Positions 29,424 through 39,039 of a DNA stretch of 64,000 bases are shown piece after piece. The notes below the pieces were generated by a model. That model had not been told where the DNA came from. It saw only the letters and a list, made by a program, of their open reading frames with translations, and did not search any database. Made by a program: the position numbers and the translations under genes. The DNA comes from an uncultured delta proteobacterium. GTDB taxonomy: Bacteria > Myxococcota_A > Polyangia > Polyangiales > Polyangiaceae. How positions within the stretch are numbered: the stretch's first letter is position 1; every line of letters starts with the position of its first letter. Location of the stretch: the NCBI GenBank assembly GCA_963782055.1, contig CAWAIF010000003.1, positions 6,336,001-6,400,000 on the forward strand. The letters run 5' to 3'.

Positions 29424-29519
29424 TTCTGCCTCCAGGGTAGTCCAGCCGGCCCGGAGTACACCGTAAAATATGGGATCTTGCCTACCCCTCCCCACCCTCA
29501 CCCGCGAGGCGGGCCCCCT

Positions 29520-29948
29520 TCACTTCTCCTTCGCCACCACGATGTTGTAGACGCCCTTGCCCGTCGCCACCGCCTCCTCCGGGTGACTCGCGTGGAACAA
29601 CCGCACGTCCACCACCCCCACCCGGTTGCCCTTCCGCACCAGGTGCGCGTCCGCCTCCAGCTTCTCCGCGCGCCCCGGGCGCAGGTAGTCGACGCGCAGG
29701 TCGATGGTGGACACCCGCGCGCGCGCGTCCGCGACGCTCGCCCACACCGCCATGCCGCCCGCGACGTCAGCCAGCGTGCTGATGACGCCGCCGTGCAGCG
29801 CCGGCCGCAGCGGGTCCCCGATGAACTCCGGTCGGAAGGCGAGCTCGAGGTGCACCGTCTCCTTGTCCAGCCCCACCACCTTGATGCCGAGGAATTTGTT
29901 GAAGGGGACGAAGTCCTCCATCATCTGGCGAAGCGCGGCGGAATCCAT
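29520..29948 (-). CDS. PaaI-family hotdog thioesterase
   Basis: PFNKFLG, LHGGVISTLAD, STIDLRVDYLRP. Confidence 0.9.
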   Translation of the reverse strand: MDSAALRQMMEDFVPFNKFLGIKVVGLDKETVHLELAFRPEFIGDPLRPALHGGVISTLADVAGGMAVWASVADARARVSTIDLRVDYLRPGRAEKLEADAHLVRKGNRVGVVDVRLFHASHPEEAVATGKGVYNIVVAKEK

Positions 29949-30053
29949 CGCGGCCGACCATAGCCGAACGCCGGCCGAAGACCGAGCGCGAACCGGGAGG
30001 CCTCGCGATCGTCCGTGCGCCCTTCGTGCCGCCGATCGGCCTGCGGCCGGACC

Positions 30054-31445
30054 TCAGGGGTCGGTCGTCGACGTGGCCGCCATCGCCAGGAAGTCGATGA
30101 GGTCGATCTTGGTCACGATGCCGACGAGCTCGTCCTTCTCCGTCACCATCGCCGCCTTGGCGTCGGCCAGGGCGCTCTGGAGCAGCTCCACCTTCGTGTC
30201 CGGCGTGACCGTCGCGTAGTCGCCCTCGGCCAGGTCGCCCACCGGCGACTCCAGCGTCTTCTTCCCGCTCACCAGGTGGCGCAGCAGGTCCACCTCCGCG
30301 ACGATGCCCCGCAGCTTGCCGTCCTCCACCACCGGCAGCTGGCTGATGCCGCTGCTCTTGAGCGTGTCGATCGCCTCGCGCACCGTCGTCTTCGTCGACG
30401 CGGTGACCAGCTTGGCGTGGTAGCGCGGGCCGAGCACGTCGCGCACCGTGCCGAGGCCAGGCTGGTCCTCCAGGAAGCCGTTTTCGCGCATCCAGTCGTC
30501 GTTGAAGATCTTGGACACGTACTTCTGCCCGGCGTCGCACAGGAAGACGAGGATCTTCTGGCCGATGCGGTCGTGCGCCTTCGCCCACTTGAGCGCGCCG
30601 GCCACCGCCGCGCCGCCCGAGCCGCCGACGAAGAGCCCCTCCAGGCGCGTCAGGTCGCGCGTCATCAGGAAGCACTCCTTGTCGTCGACGCGCACGATGT
30701 CGTCGAGGATCTTCAGGTTCATCGTCTTGGGGAAGAAGTCCTCCCCGATGCCCTCCACCTTGTAGGAGAAGGCCTTGGTGATGCGCCCGGACTTCACGAA
30801 ATCGTAGTAGAGCGAGCCGACCGGGTCGACGCCGACGAGCTGGACCTCCGGCTTCCTCTCCTTGAGGTACTTGCCCGTGCCGCTGATGGTGCCGCCGGTG
30901 CCGAGCCCCGCGACGAAGACGTCCAGCTCCCCGCCCGTCTGCTCCCAGATCTCCGGGGCCGTCGAGAGGTAATGCGCCTCCGGGTTGGCGGGGTTGTTGT
31001 ACTGGTCGGCGTAGAAGCAGTTGGGCGTCTCGCGCGCCAGGCGCAGCGCCACCTGGTAGTAGCTGCGCGGGTCGTCCGGCTCGACGGCCGTCGGGCAGAC
31101 CACCACCCTGGCGCCGAAGGCGCGCAGGTTGGCGATCTTCTCCTGGCTCATCTTGTCGGGCATGACGAAGATGCACTTGTAGCCGCGCACCGCCGCGTTG
31201 AGGGCGAGCGAGGCGCCCGTGTTGCCGCTCGTCGCCTCGATGATGGTGCCGCCCGGCTTGAGGCCGTTCTCCTCCGCGCGGCGCAGCAGGTTGGCCGCCA
31301 GGCGGTCCTTGTGGCTGCCGCCCGGGTTGAGGAACTCGCACTTGACGTAGACCTCCGAGGCGAGGCCCTGGGTGACCTTGTTCAGCCGGACGATGGGCGT
31401 GTGCCCGACGGCCTGCAGGATGTTCTCGAGCGCCCCGTGCATCAT
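30054..31445 (-). CDS. cbs: Cystathionine beta-synthase with C-terminal CBS domains
   Basis: NPGGSHKDR (PLP Lys), EATSGNTG, GTGGT, VEGIGEDF, tandem CBS domains. Confidence 0.9.
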   Translation of the reverse strand: MMHGALENILQAVGHTPIVRLNKVTQGLASEVYVKCEFLNPGGSHKDRLAANLLRRAEENGLKPGGTIIEATSGNTGASLALNAAVRGYKCIFVMPDKMSQEKIANLRAFGARVVVCPTAVEPDDPRSYYQVALRLARETPNCFYADQYNNPANPEAHYLSTAPEIWEQTGGELDVFVAGLGTGGTISGTGKYLKERKPEVQLVGVDPVGSLYYDFVKSGRITKAFSYKVEGIGEDFFPKTMNLKILDDIVRVDDKECFLMTRDLTRLEGLFVGGSGGAAVAGALKWAKAHDRIGQKILVFLCDAGQKYVSKIFNDDWMRENGFLEDQPGLGTVRDVLGPRYHAKLVTASTKTTVREAIDTLKSSGISQLPVVEDGKLRGIVAEVDLLRHLVSGKKTLESPVGDLAEGDYATVTPDTKVELLQSALADAKAAMVTEKDELVGIVTKIDLIDFLAMAATSTTDP

Positions 31446-31532
31446 GGCCAAGGGGCATACGCTGGGGGCGACGCGCCATCAAGACCGACCCTGGCCCGGC
31501 GCGACTTTCCCCCGCCGGTCACGCTCCGGGCG

Positions 31533-32555
31533 TCACATCGTGCACTGCCACATGACCGTCTGACAGAGGATCTGGCCGTACTGGTCGGAGCCGCAGCTCG
31601 TCCCGCCGTTGTCGAAGGTGGCGTTGCCCAGCGAGCTGCAGCTCGTGGTGCTCTGGCAGTAACCGCACACGTTGCCGCACGTGCCGCCGTGGGCGCCGAG
31701 CTTGTTGTAGCCGAGCTGCTTGCAGATGTACTCGGCGTGGTAGCTCCCGCCGTTGGTGGAGAGCATCGACACCCAGGCGGTGGTGCAGTCCGCCTGGCAG
31801 ACGACCCACTTCAGGTTGGCGTTGGTCACGTCGCCGCCCTGCTGGCACTTGGTCGCCTGGCACGACGCCTGGCACTGGCCGTAGCGGCAGAGAGGCTTGT
31901 CGCTCGGGCAGGTGGTGCCGCAACCGCCGCAGTTGAAGCGATCGATCCACGGGTCGACGCACACCTGCGCGCCGAGCGTGCCGGCGTCGCCCGCGTCGGG
32001 GGCGCCGGCGTCGGGGTAGTCGTTCGGGCACATGGTGAGGCCCGTCTGGCAGGTGAGCTGGCACTTGCCCGAGACGCACTCCTCGCCGTCGCCGCACACC
32101 GTGCCGCAGGCGCCGCAGTTGGCGCGGTCCACGTCCGTCGACACGCACGCGCCGTTGCAGTCGGTCGTCCCGCCGCCGCACGAGGGCCCGCACTTGCCTG
32201 CGGAGCAGACCTCCCCCGGGTTGCACGTGTGGCCGCAGAGCCCGCAGTTCTGCGGATCGCTCTCCTGGTCGACGCACACCGCGTTGCACAGCGAGGTGCC
32301 GGTGCCGCACGCGTACTTGCAGCTCCCCTTGGAGCAGACCTCGTCCGGCTTGCACGCCTTGCCGCACGCCCCGCAGTTCTGCGGATCGCGGTCGAGCGCG
32401 GTGCACGTGTCGCCGCAGTACGCGCTCCCGGCGCCGCACGACGGCCCGGCGTCGCTCTCCGGGGGTGAGGTGTCGGTCACCTTGCCGGTGGCGCAACCCA
32501 CCGCGACGGCCGCGATCACCCCGGCGAAGACGAGGGCTTGGCGCAGATGCATCAT
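31533..32555 (-). CDS. MXAN_6577/Stig1-like Cys-rich repeat lipoprotein
   Basis: VAVGC lipobox; four DxxNCGxCGxxC repeats plus a Cys-rich C-terminal domain; ATG overlaps the upstream TGA. Confidence 0.8.
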   Translation of the reverse strand: MMHLRQALVFAGVIAAVAVGCATGKVTDTSPPESDAGPSCGAGSAYCGDTCTALDRDPQNCGACGKACKPDEVCSKGSCKYACGTGTSLCNAVCVDQESDPQNCGLCGHTCNPGEVCSAGKCGPSCGGGTTDCNGACVSTDVDRANCGACGTVCGDGEECVSGKCQLTCQTGLTMCPNDYPDAGAPDAGDAGTLGAQVCVDPWIDRFNCGGCGTTCPSDKPLCRYGQCQASCQATKCQQGGDVTNANLKWVVCQADCTTAWVSMLSTNGGSYHAEYICKQLGYNKLGAHGGTCGNVCGYCQSTTSCSSLGNATFDNGGTSCGSDQYGQILCQTVMWQCTM

Positions 32556-33241
32556 CAGATCCCCCCGTCCGCGGCGACGCACGTACCGAAAGAGCACTTG
32601 GGCGTGCTCCCGTTGCAGGCGGTGCCGCACCCGCCGCAGTTGAACGGATCGAAGTCGATGTCGGTGCACTCGTTCGGGCCGAGGAAGGCCGCGTCGGCGC
32701 CGGCGTCGGACGGGTAGACGCCGGCGTCGGGTGTCGGGCAGAGCGTGAGCCCCTGCTGGCACTGGAGCGCGCACGCGCTCTGCACGCAGTCCTCGCCCAC
32801 CTCGCACGCCGTGCCGCAGCCGCCGCAGTTGAAGCGATCGCTCTGCGTGTCGAAGCAGCCGGCGTCGCCGCACATGGTGGTGTCGCCCCCGCAGGTGAAG
32901 CCGCAGGCGCCCGCGGAGCAGTACTCGCCCGCCGGGCACGCGGCGCCGCAGCCGCCGCAGTTCTTGGAGTCCACCTTGATGTCGGTGCAGGTGTCGCCGC
33001 ACTTGGTGGCGCCGCCCAGGCACGTCAGCCCGCACTGCCCCTGCGAGCAGACCTGCCCGTCCGGGCACGCCGTGCCGCACGCGCCGCAGTTCTGCGGATC
33101 GCGGTCGACGATCACGCACGAGCCGCCGCAGTCGGTGGAGCCTGCGGGGCAGGTGAAGGGCGTGGCGTCGGGCGTCGAGGTGTTGTCTCCACCCGAGCTG
33201 CACGCCACCAGAAGGAAGGCGAGGGCGTACATACCGCGCAT
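32555..33241 (-). CDS. MXAN_6577/Stig1-like Cys-rich repeat lipoprotein
   Basis: LLVAC lipobox; four DxxNCGxCGxxC repeats. Confidence 0.8.
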   Translation of the reverse strand: MRGMYALAFLLVACSSGGDNTSTPDATPFTCPAGSTDCGGSCVIVDRDPQNCGACGTACPDGQVCSQGQCGLTCLGGATKCGDTCTDIKVDSKNCGGCGAACPAGEYCSAGACGFTCGGDTTMCGDAGCFDTQSDRFNCGGCGTACEVGEDCVQSACALQCQQGLTLCPTPDAGVYPSDAGADAAFLGPNECTDIDFDPFNCGGCGTACNGSTPKCSFGTCVAADGGI

Positions 33242-33318
33242 CCGGTCATTGTCTCGCGGCCAGCCGGCGCGGTCAACGGCGCCCCGAGCCTACATCGGCC
33301 CCGGGGGTGCGCCGCCCC

Positions 33319-34905
33319 TCACCTTCGCCAGCTCTGGAGCTCCGCCTCGAACCCGCCCATGTCCACGGCGAAGCCGCGCGCCTTGCGGAAGCCCGCCTTG
33401 GCGAGCACGGCGTCGGTCTTCTTCGGCCGCGGGGTGATCCACACGAAGCGGCCCCCCCGCCGGAGCGCCGCCGCCAGGTTCTCCAGGAAGGGCAACAGCA
33501 GCGCGTCCAGATTGGTTGCGCTCTGCACGCGCCTGCCCATCGGCGGGTTGGTCAGGACCAGGTTCACCCCCGCCGGCGCGAAGGTTCGCGCGTCGGCCCG
33601 CATGAGCGTCACGCCTCGCACGCCGGCACGCGCCAGGTTCTTGCGCGCGGCGTCCAGCGCGCGCTCGTCCAGGTCGGTCCCGATCATCCGCGTGAAGGCC
33701 CCGAGCCGCGCGCGCTCCGCGAGCTCCAGCCCGGAGCCGACGAAGGGGTCCCACACCACGTCCGCCGGCCGCGCCTCCCCCAGCCGGGCGATGGCCGCCG
33801 CGAAGCTCGGGTGCGAGGCGGCGGGCACGTCGGCGGCGCGGTAGGCGAAGCGCGCGTCCCCCACCCCGCGCGGCTCCGCCTCGATGTGCAGCCGCCCCTC
33901 GCGCGGGTCCACGGTGATCTCCCACGCGCTGCCGCGCGGGTCGTTGACCCAGCCGGTGCCCGCCTGCGCGACGCGCTCCGCCACGCGCCACGTCAGCGCC
34001 CGGCGGTGCCCCTGCCCCGCCCACGCCAGCCGGAAGCGCACGCCCTCCGGCGCGAGCGGCCGCAGGATGGGCGCCGCCCCGGCGAGCGCCTCCGCCACCG
34101 TCTCGGCGACGTCGGCGGAGGGGTCGAGCGGCGCGTCGCAGAGAGGGATGGCAACGTGAGAGAAGAGACGCGACGACTCCAGCGACGCGAGCGGCCCGCC
34201 GAGCAGCACCCGCACCGCCGAGGGTGACTCGATGACCGGGTGCATCGCCGCCACCTCCTCGGCGAGCAGGGGCGCCAGCCCGGCCCGGCAGCGCAGCACC
34301 ACCGAGATGGGCCGCGACGGCCCCCGCGTCGCGTCGATCGTCGCGCGCGACGCCGGGCGCGCGCCGGTGCGCTCCAGCATCAGCCGCGCGCGGTCGCGCG
34401 CCTGCCGCAGCATCGCGTCGTCCGTCTTCAGCCGCATGAGCATCGCGAGCGAGGTGGGGCCGCCCACCTTCCCGAGGGCCTCGACCGCCGCGCGCAGGAC
34501 GGGCAGGTCCGTCTCGCCCTCCAGCCGCCCGAGCAGCGCCGCCTCGATGCGCGAATCTTGCAGACACGCCCGGCCGAGGGCCCGCGCCGCCTCCTTGCGC
34601 GTGCGGGCGTCGGCGTCGCGCAGCGCCCCGAGCAGCGCCTCGCACACCGCCGGGCCGTGCGGCCCCGCCTCCTTCGCCGCCGCCTTGCCGACGAGCGTCA
34701 CCAGCCGCCGCCTGAGCTCCGGCGTGGCTCCTTCCAGGCCGGCGAGGGCGGCCCCGATCACGTCGTCCTGGCTCCGCAGCAGGGCCTGCTCGGCCTCCTT
34801 GCCCGCCTCCCCGTCGGCGAGCAGGGCGAGCAGGGGCCGCGTTTCCCGCCTCCCCGGCGTGAATCCCTTCGAGCGGACCTTGTCGCGCAGCGCGTCTTCG
34901 CTCAT
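33319..34905 (-). CDS. HEAT-repeat-fused SAM-dependent RNA methyltransferase (RlmL/Trm11-like)
   Basis: N-terminal HEAT motifs (RKEAARALGR, AAVEALGKVG); C-terminal VWDPFVGSG and LTNPPMGRR. Confidence 0.75.
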   Translation of the reverse strand: MSEDALRDKVRSKGFTPGRRETRPLLALLADGEAGKEAEQALLRSQDDVIGAALAGLEGATPELRRRLVTLVGKAAAKEAGPHGPAVCEALLGALRDADARTRKEAARALGRACLQDSRIEAALLGRLEGETDLPVLRAAVEALGKVGGPTSLAMLMRLKTDDAMLRQARDRARLMLERTGARPASRATIDATRGPSRPISVVLRCRAGLAPLLAEEVAAMHPVIESPSAVRVLLGGPLASLESSRLFSHVAIPLCDAPLDPSADVAETVAEALAGAAPILRPLAPEGVRFRLAWAGQGHRRALTWRVAERVAQAGTGWVNDPRGSAWEITVDPREGRLHIEAEPRGVGDARFAYRAADVPAASHPSFAAAIARLGEARPADVVWDPFVGSGLELAERARLGAFTRMIGTDLDERALDAARKNLARAGVRGVTLMRADARTFAPAGVNLVLTNPPMGRRVQSATNLDALLLPFLENLAAALRRGGRFVWITPRPKKTDAVLAKAGFRKARGFAVDMGGFEAELQSWRR

Positions 34906-34984
34906 GGGATGTAACCAGCCGGCGTCCTCGTGCGTAGCCCAGGCAGGTGCCACCGTGAAACAAAGAAACGACCCGGAGCCCCAC

Positions 34985-35731
34985 GTGACCGACCTAGACC
35001 CGGCCCCGCCGCGCCACCCGGACGAAGACCTCATCCTTCGCCCCAGGATGTCCAGCCGCCGCACCTTCGTCCGCGCGGTCACCGCGGGCACCGTCCTCGC
35101 CGCGCTGGGCGGCGGCCTGTACATAGTGCTGCCCGACGCCGAGACGCGCCGCGCCCGCCGGATGAAGCTCGCCGACGGCCGGCCGCGCCTGCCGCCCAAC
35201 CAGTACCTCCTCCAGCGCCTCAAGCCGATGGGCGGGCGCGAGGGCGATCCCAGCCCCGGCGCCTGGCGCCTGAAGGTCCACGGGGAGGTGGAGCACCCCT
35301 TCGAGATCGACTTCGCCGGCCTGCTCAAGCTGCCGCAGGTCCACCAGACGTGCGACGTGCACTGCGTGACCAAGTGGAGCCTCTTCGACAGCCACTGGCA
35401 GGGCGTGCGCGTGAGCGAGCTCGCCAGGAAGGCCAAGGTGAAGCCGAGCGCCCACTACGTCATCTTCGAGGCCGCGCACGGCTACACCTCCAACATCTCC
35501 CTGCACGACGCGCTGAGGCCCGACGTGCTCGTCGCCCACCGCTACGAGGGCAACGCCCTGCCCACCGCCCACGGCGCGCCGGCGCGCGCGCTGGTGCCGG
35601 AGCGCTACTTCTGGAAGAGCGCCAAGTGGCTCACCGGGATCTACTTCAGCGCGGTGGACCAGCCGGGCTACTGGGAGACGCGCGGCTACAACAACCACGC
35701 CGACCCCTGGAAGGAAGAGAGATACTCGTGA
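34985..35731 (+). CDS. Sulfite-oxidase-family molybdopterin oxidoreductase with Tat signal (YuiH/MsrP-like)
   Basis: SRRTFVR twin-arginine motif, RLPPNQ, DVHCVTKWS (Mo-ligand Cys), HGAPAR, YFWKSAKWL, GYWE; start may be ATG 35048. Confidence 0.85.
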   Translation: MTDLDPAPPRHPDEDLILRPRMSSRRTFVRAVTAGTVLAALGGGLYIVLPDAETRRARRMKLADGRPRLPPNQYLLQRLKPMGGREGDPSPGAWRLKVHGEVEHPFEIDFAGLLKLPQVHQTCDVHCVTKWSLFDSHWQGVRVSELARKAKVKPSAHYVIFEAAHGYTSNISLHDALRPDVLVAHRYEGNALPTAHGAPARALVPERYFWKSAKWLTGIYFSAVDQPGYWETRGYNNHADPWKEERYS

Positions 35732-36315
35732 CCGCCGCCGCGCGCCCCACCGGCCGCCGCAACAAGTTCCTGCTCCGTCCGTGGGTGCGCGCGCTGCACC
35801 GCGACCTCGGCTACACCGCCGTCGGCCTCACCTTCGTCTACGCCCTCTCCGGGCTGGCGGTGAACCACATCCCCGACTGGGACCCCAACTTCCAGAACCT
35901 GAACCTCTCCCACGATCTCGGCCCGATCACCGGGGACGATGACGCGGCGACGGCCACGGTGCTCGCCAAGCTGGGCATCCACCAGACGCCGAAGGAGTCC
36001 TACCGGGAGGGCGACGAGCTGGAGATCCTGCTCGAGCACCGCACCCTGCACGTGACCACGGCCACCGGCCATGTCGTCGACGAGCAGCAGAAGCCGCGCT
36101 TCTTCCTGCGCGCCGCCAACTACCTGCACCTGAACCGCGGCAAGAAGTCGTGGCGCAACTTCGCCGACGCCTACGCCATCGGCCTGCTGCTGCTCGCCAC
36201 CTCCGGCCTCTTCATGATCCCCGGGCGCAGGGGGCTCCTCGGGCGCGGCGCGGTGTTCCTGGCGATCGGCATCGCCATCCCGGTCGGCTACCTCATGGTC
36301 TTTGGCGGGCCGTGA
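35728..36315 (+). CDS. PepSY-associated TM helix membrane protein
   Basis: GTGA overlap; LHRDLGY...YALSGLAVNH, LHLNRG, TSGLF. Confidence 0.8.
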   Translation: MTAAARPTGRRNKFLLRPWVRALHRDLGYTAVGLTFVYALSGLAVNHIPDWDPNFQNLNLSHDLGPITGDDDAATATVLAKLGIHQTPKESYREGDELEILLEHRTLHVTTATGHVVDEQQKPRFFLRAANYLHLNRGKKSWRNFADAYAIGLLLLATSGLFMIPGRRGLLGRGAVFLAIGIAIPVGYLMVFGGP

Positions 36316-37843
36316 CCGCCGGCGCGTGGGGGGCGCTCGTCGGCCGCGGGGCGTCGCGCGCAGTCTCCGCGGCTCCCTGCCGGGCCGTCGCGTAGCGCTT
36401 CACGTCGAAGCGCCGCGTGCGCAGGCGAAACTCCCAGGTGAAGCCGGGCCACGCCGTCGTGTTCTTGCCGGAGCGCGTGAGATACCAGCTCACGCACCCG
36501 CCGGTGTTCCACACCGTGCGCTCCAGGCGCTTCTGGATCGCCTCGTTGTAGCGGGCCTGCGTCTCCGGCAAGACGTCCACCCACTTGAGACGCTCGCGGC
36601 GCATCGTCCGCACGGCGTCCAGGATGTACTGCACCTGCGACTCGATCATCAGGATCATCGAGGAGTGGCCGAGGCCGGTGTTGGGCCCCTCGATGAGGAA
36701 GAAGTTGGGGAAGCCGCTCACCGTCGTGCCCTTGTAGGCCTGGATGCCGCCGGTCTGCTTCCACGCGGTGTCCAGGTCCATGCCGCCCGTACCGACGAGC
36801 TCGTAGGGAGAGTGGAGCTCCGCCGCCTCGAAGCCCGTCGCGTAGACGATGACGTCCACCGGGCGCTCCTTGCCGTCGCGCGTGACGATGCCGCGCGGGG
36901 TGATCTCCGCGATGGCGTCGGTCACCAGCTCCACGTTCTTCTGGCAGAGCGCGGGGTAGTAGTCGTCGGCGAACAGGACGCGCTTGCACCCGAGCCGGAA
37001 GTCGGGCGTCAGCTTGGCGCGGAGCGCCGGGTCCGCCACGCTCTTGTCCAGGAAGCGGCGCGAGCGAAGCTCCCGGATGGCGTTGAGGCGCGGCTCGACG
37101 ACGTAGCCGACGGCCATCGCCTCCATGATGGAGTAGATGAGGCCGCGCGCGAGCTTCTGCAGCGCGGGGTGCTTGCGAAAGAGCGCCTGCTCCTTCTCCG
37201 GGATGGGCCGGTCCGGCTTGGACGCGACCCACGCGGCGGTGCGCTGGTAGACGTGCATGCGCCCCACCTTCTCGGCGAGGCGCGGGATGATCTGGATGGC
37301 GCTCGCGCCGGTGCCGATGACGGCGACCGTCTTGCCTTCCAGCGCGTAGGAGTGGTCCCAGCGGGAGGAGTGGAAGGTCTTGCCGGCGAAGGTCTCGCGG
37401 CCGGGAATGTCGGGGTAGACCGGCTTGCTCAGCGCGTGACCCGCGCCGGAGACGAGCGCGCGGCCGGTGAGCGTCTGCCCGTCGGCGGTCTTCACCGTCC
37501 AGAGGCCGGAGTCCTCGTCGAAGCGGGCGCTCGTCAGCTCGGAGTGGAAGCGGATGTGCTCGCGCACGGCGTACTTGTCGGCGCAGTGCTCCAGGTACGC
37601 GAGGATCTCCCTCTGCGGCGCGAAGAAGCGCGTCCAGCGGGGGCTCTGCTCGAAGGAGTAGGAGTACAGGTACGAGGGGACGTCGCACGCGATGCCGGGG
37701 TAGGTGTTGTCTCGCCAGGTCCCGCCGACCTGGCCGGCGCGCTCCAAAATCACGAAATCGTCGATCCCCTCCTGCTTCAGACGGATGCCCATGCAGAGGC
37801 CCGCGAAGCCGCTGCCGACGATGAGGATGGTGTCCGTACCCAT
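36293..37843 (-). CDS. Baeyer-Villiger/flavin-containing monooxygenase
   Basis: GSGFAG, GGTWRDNTYPG, FHSSRWDH fingerprint, GTGASAIQ, ATGF. Confidence 0.92.
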   Translation of the reverse strand: MGTDTILIVGSGFAGLCMGIRLKQEGIDDFVILERAGQVGGTWRDNTYPGIACDVPSYLYSYSFEQSPRWTRFFAPQREILAYLEHCADKYAVREHIRFHSELTSARFDEDSGLWTVKTADGQTLTGRALVSGAGHALSKPVYPDIPGRETFAGKTFHSSRWDHSYALEGKTVAVIGTGASAIQIIPRLAEKVGRMHVYQRTAAWVASKPDRPIPEKEQALFRKHPALQKLARGLIYSIMEAMAVGYVVEPRLNAIRELRSRRFLDKSVADPALRAKLTPDFRLGCKRVLFADDYYPALCQKNVELVTDAIAEITPRGIVTRDGKERPVDVIVYATGFEAAELHSPYELVGTGGMDLDTAWKQTGGIQAYKGTTVSGFPNFFLIEGPNTGLGHSSMILMIESQVQYILDAVRTMRRERLKWVDVLPETQARYNEAIQKRLERTVWNTGGCVSWYLTRSGKNTTAWPGFTWEFRLRTRRFDVKRYATARQGAAETARDAPRPTSAPHAPAVTARQRP

Positions 37844-37866
37844 GGGTGACCCGAAGCTTGAGTCGC

Positions 37867-37885
37867 TATTGACCGGAAGTCAATA
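37867..37885. promoter_or_regulatory. Palindromic operator upstream of the monooxygenase
   Basis: TATTGAC-CGGAA-GTCAATA, a perfect AT-rich palindrome in a very GC-rich context. Confidence 0.65.
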
Positions 37886-37974
37886 ACGGCGAGTGGCCGA
37901 CGAGACGCAACACAGGCGGGCCACGCGGCGTGACGCCACGAGGGCGGCACCACCCGTCATGCTACGGTTCGCTG

Positions 37975-38248
37975 GTGCGTGACGCGCTCGTGTCCCCGGT
38001 GCCGCTCGCGCTCGCGGGCTGTGGAAGCCCGCCCACGACCACCGCCGGAGCGCCGCCCGCCGGGGACTCGGTCCGGTACCTGGTCAACGCCGGCACCGAC
38101 GCGGCGGAGGTCGACACCATCCTCGCCCTGAAAGAACCCGCGCGCGACGACGAAGCGGCACCCCGCCGGCGTCCGCCGACCTCGAGGAGCTCTTCGCCGG
38201 GGGGCGCGCATCCAGGTGAACCAGTCGCGCGGCGTGACACCGCCCTGA
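37975..38248 (+). pseudogene. Probable decayed lipoprotein gene fragment
   Basis: LALAGC lipobox; protein-like segments switch frames (YLVNAGTDAAEVDTILALKEP / DLEELFAG / RIQVNQSRGV). Confidence 0.35.
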
Positions 38249-38252
38249 GAGC

Positions 38253-38840
38253 ATGACTCGCCCGGCGCCTGCTCCCCGTCCCCAAATCGCACGGGGCAGC
38301 GAGGGCGTGACGGTCGTCGTCACGCGCCGCGTGAAGGCGGGGCGCGAGACAGACTACGAGGCGTGGCTCGCGAGGCTCCTCGAGAAGGTCGCGACGATGC
38401 CGGGCTACCTGGGCGTCAGCGTGCGGCGCCCCGCCGACGGCGGGCCCCGCGAGTACACCAGCGTGTACCGCTTCGCGGACGTGGACAGCCTGCGCGCGTT
38501 CGAGGACAGCACCGAGCGGCGCGAGGCGCTCGGCGAGGTCGGCGACTACGTCGAGTCGGACGCGACGTGGCGCAAGCTGACGGGCCTCGAGCTCTGGTTC
38601 ACCGCCCCACCCGGCACGGTCACGCCCGAGCCGTCGCGCTTCCGCATGACGCTGGTGATGATCGTGGTGGTGTACGCCTTCGTCCTCGTGCTCGGGCCGC
38701 TGGTGGCGCTGGTCATGCCCGGCGCGCGCTTCGAGCTGCGGCTCTTCGTGGCCATCGCGATCGAGGTGACGCTGATGACCTACGTGCTCATGCCGCGCCT
38801 CACGCGGTGGCTCGCGCGCTGGATCTACCCCGGAAGGTGA
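38253..38840 (+). CDS. Antibiotic-biosynthesis-monooxygenase (ABM) domain membrane protein
   Basis: VTVVVTRRVKAGRE..YEAWL, PGYLG, TGLELWF, two TM helices, LMTYVLMPRLTRWL. Confidence 0.85.
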   Translation: MTRPAPAPRPQIARGSEGVTVVVTRRVKAGRETDYEAWLARLLEKVATMPGYLGVSVRRPADGGPREYTSVYRFADVDSLRAFEDSTERREALGEVGDYVESDATWRKLTGLELWFTAPPGTVTPEPSRFRMTLVMIVVVYAFVLVLGPLVALVMPGARFELRLFVAIAIEVTLMTYVLMPRLTRWLARWIYPGR

Positions 38841-39039
38841 AGGCGCCGTGGCTCGGGTGCTTCTCCCGGGGTCCCGCCGACCTGCCCGGCGGAGCGCCCC
38901 GTTCACCCGTGATGCCGTGGCCAGCCTGGACGCGCACCTGGGCGCAGGGCTCGATGGTGAGCGTCGCGCCCTGCGCGACGCTCGGCGATCGAGAACGGGA
39001 CGCCCTTCACCAACCCCCACGCGCGCTGCGTGCGCTGAC

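Noticed and set aside
29457..29465. TACACCGTA as a TetR operator
   Set aside because: Plausible position but the palindrome is too short to support.
38940..38985. Alternative hairpins (GCGCAGGGC/GCCCTGCGC; GAGCGTCGCG/CGCGACGCTC) as a riboswitch
   Set aside because: They lie between convergent gene ends, so a terminator or chance GC-rich pairing is more likely.
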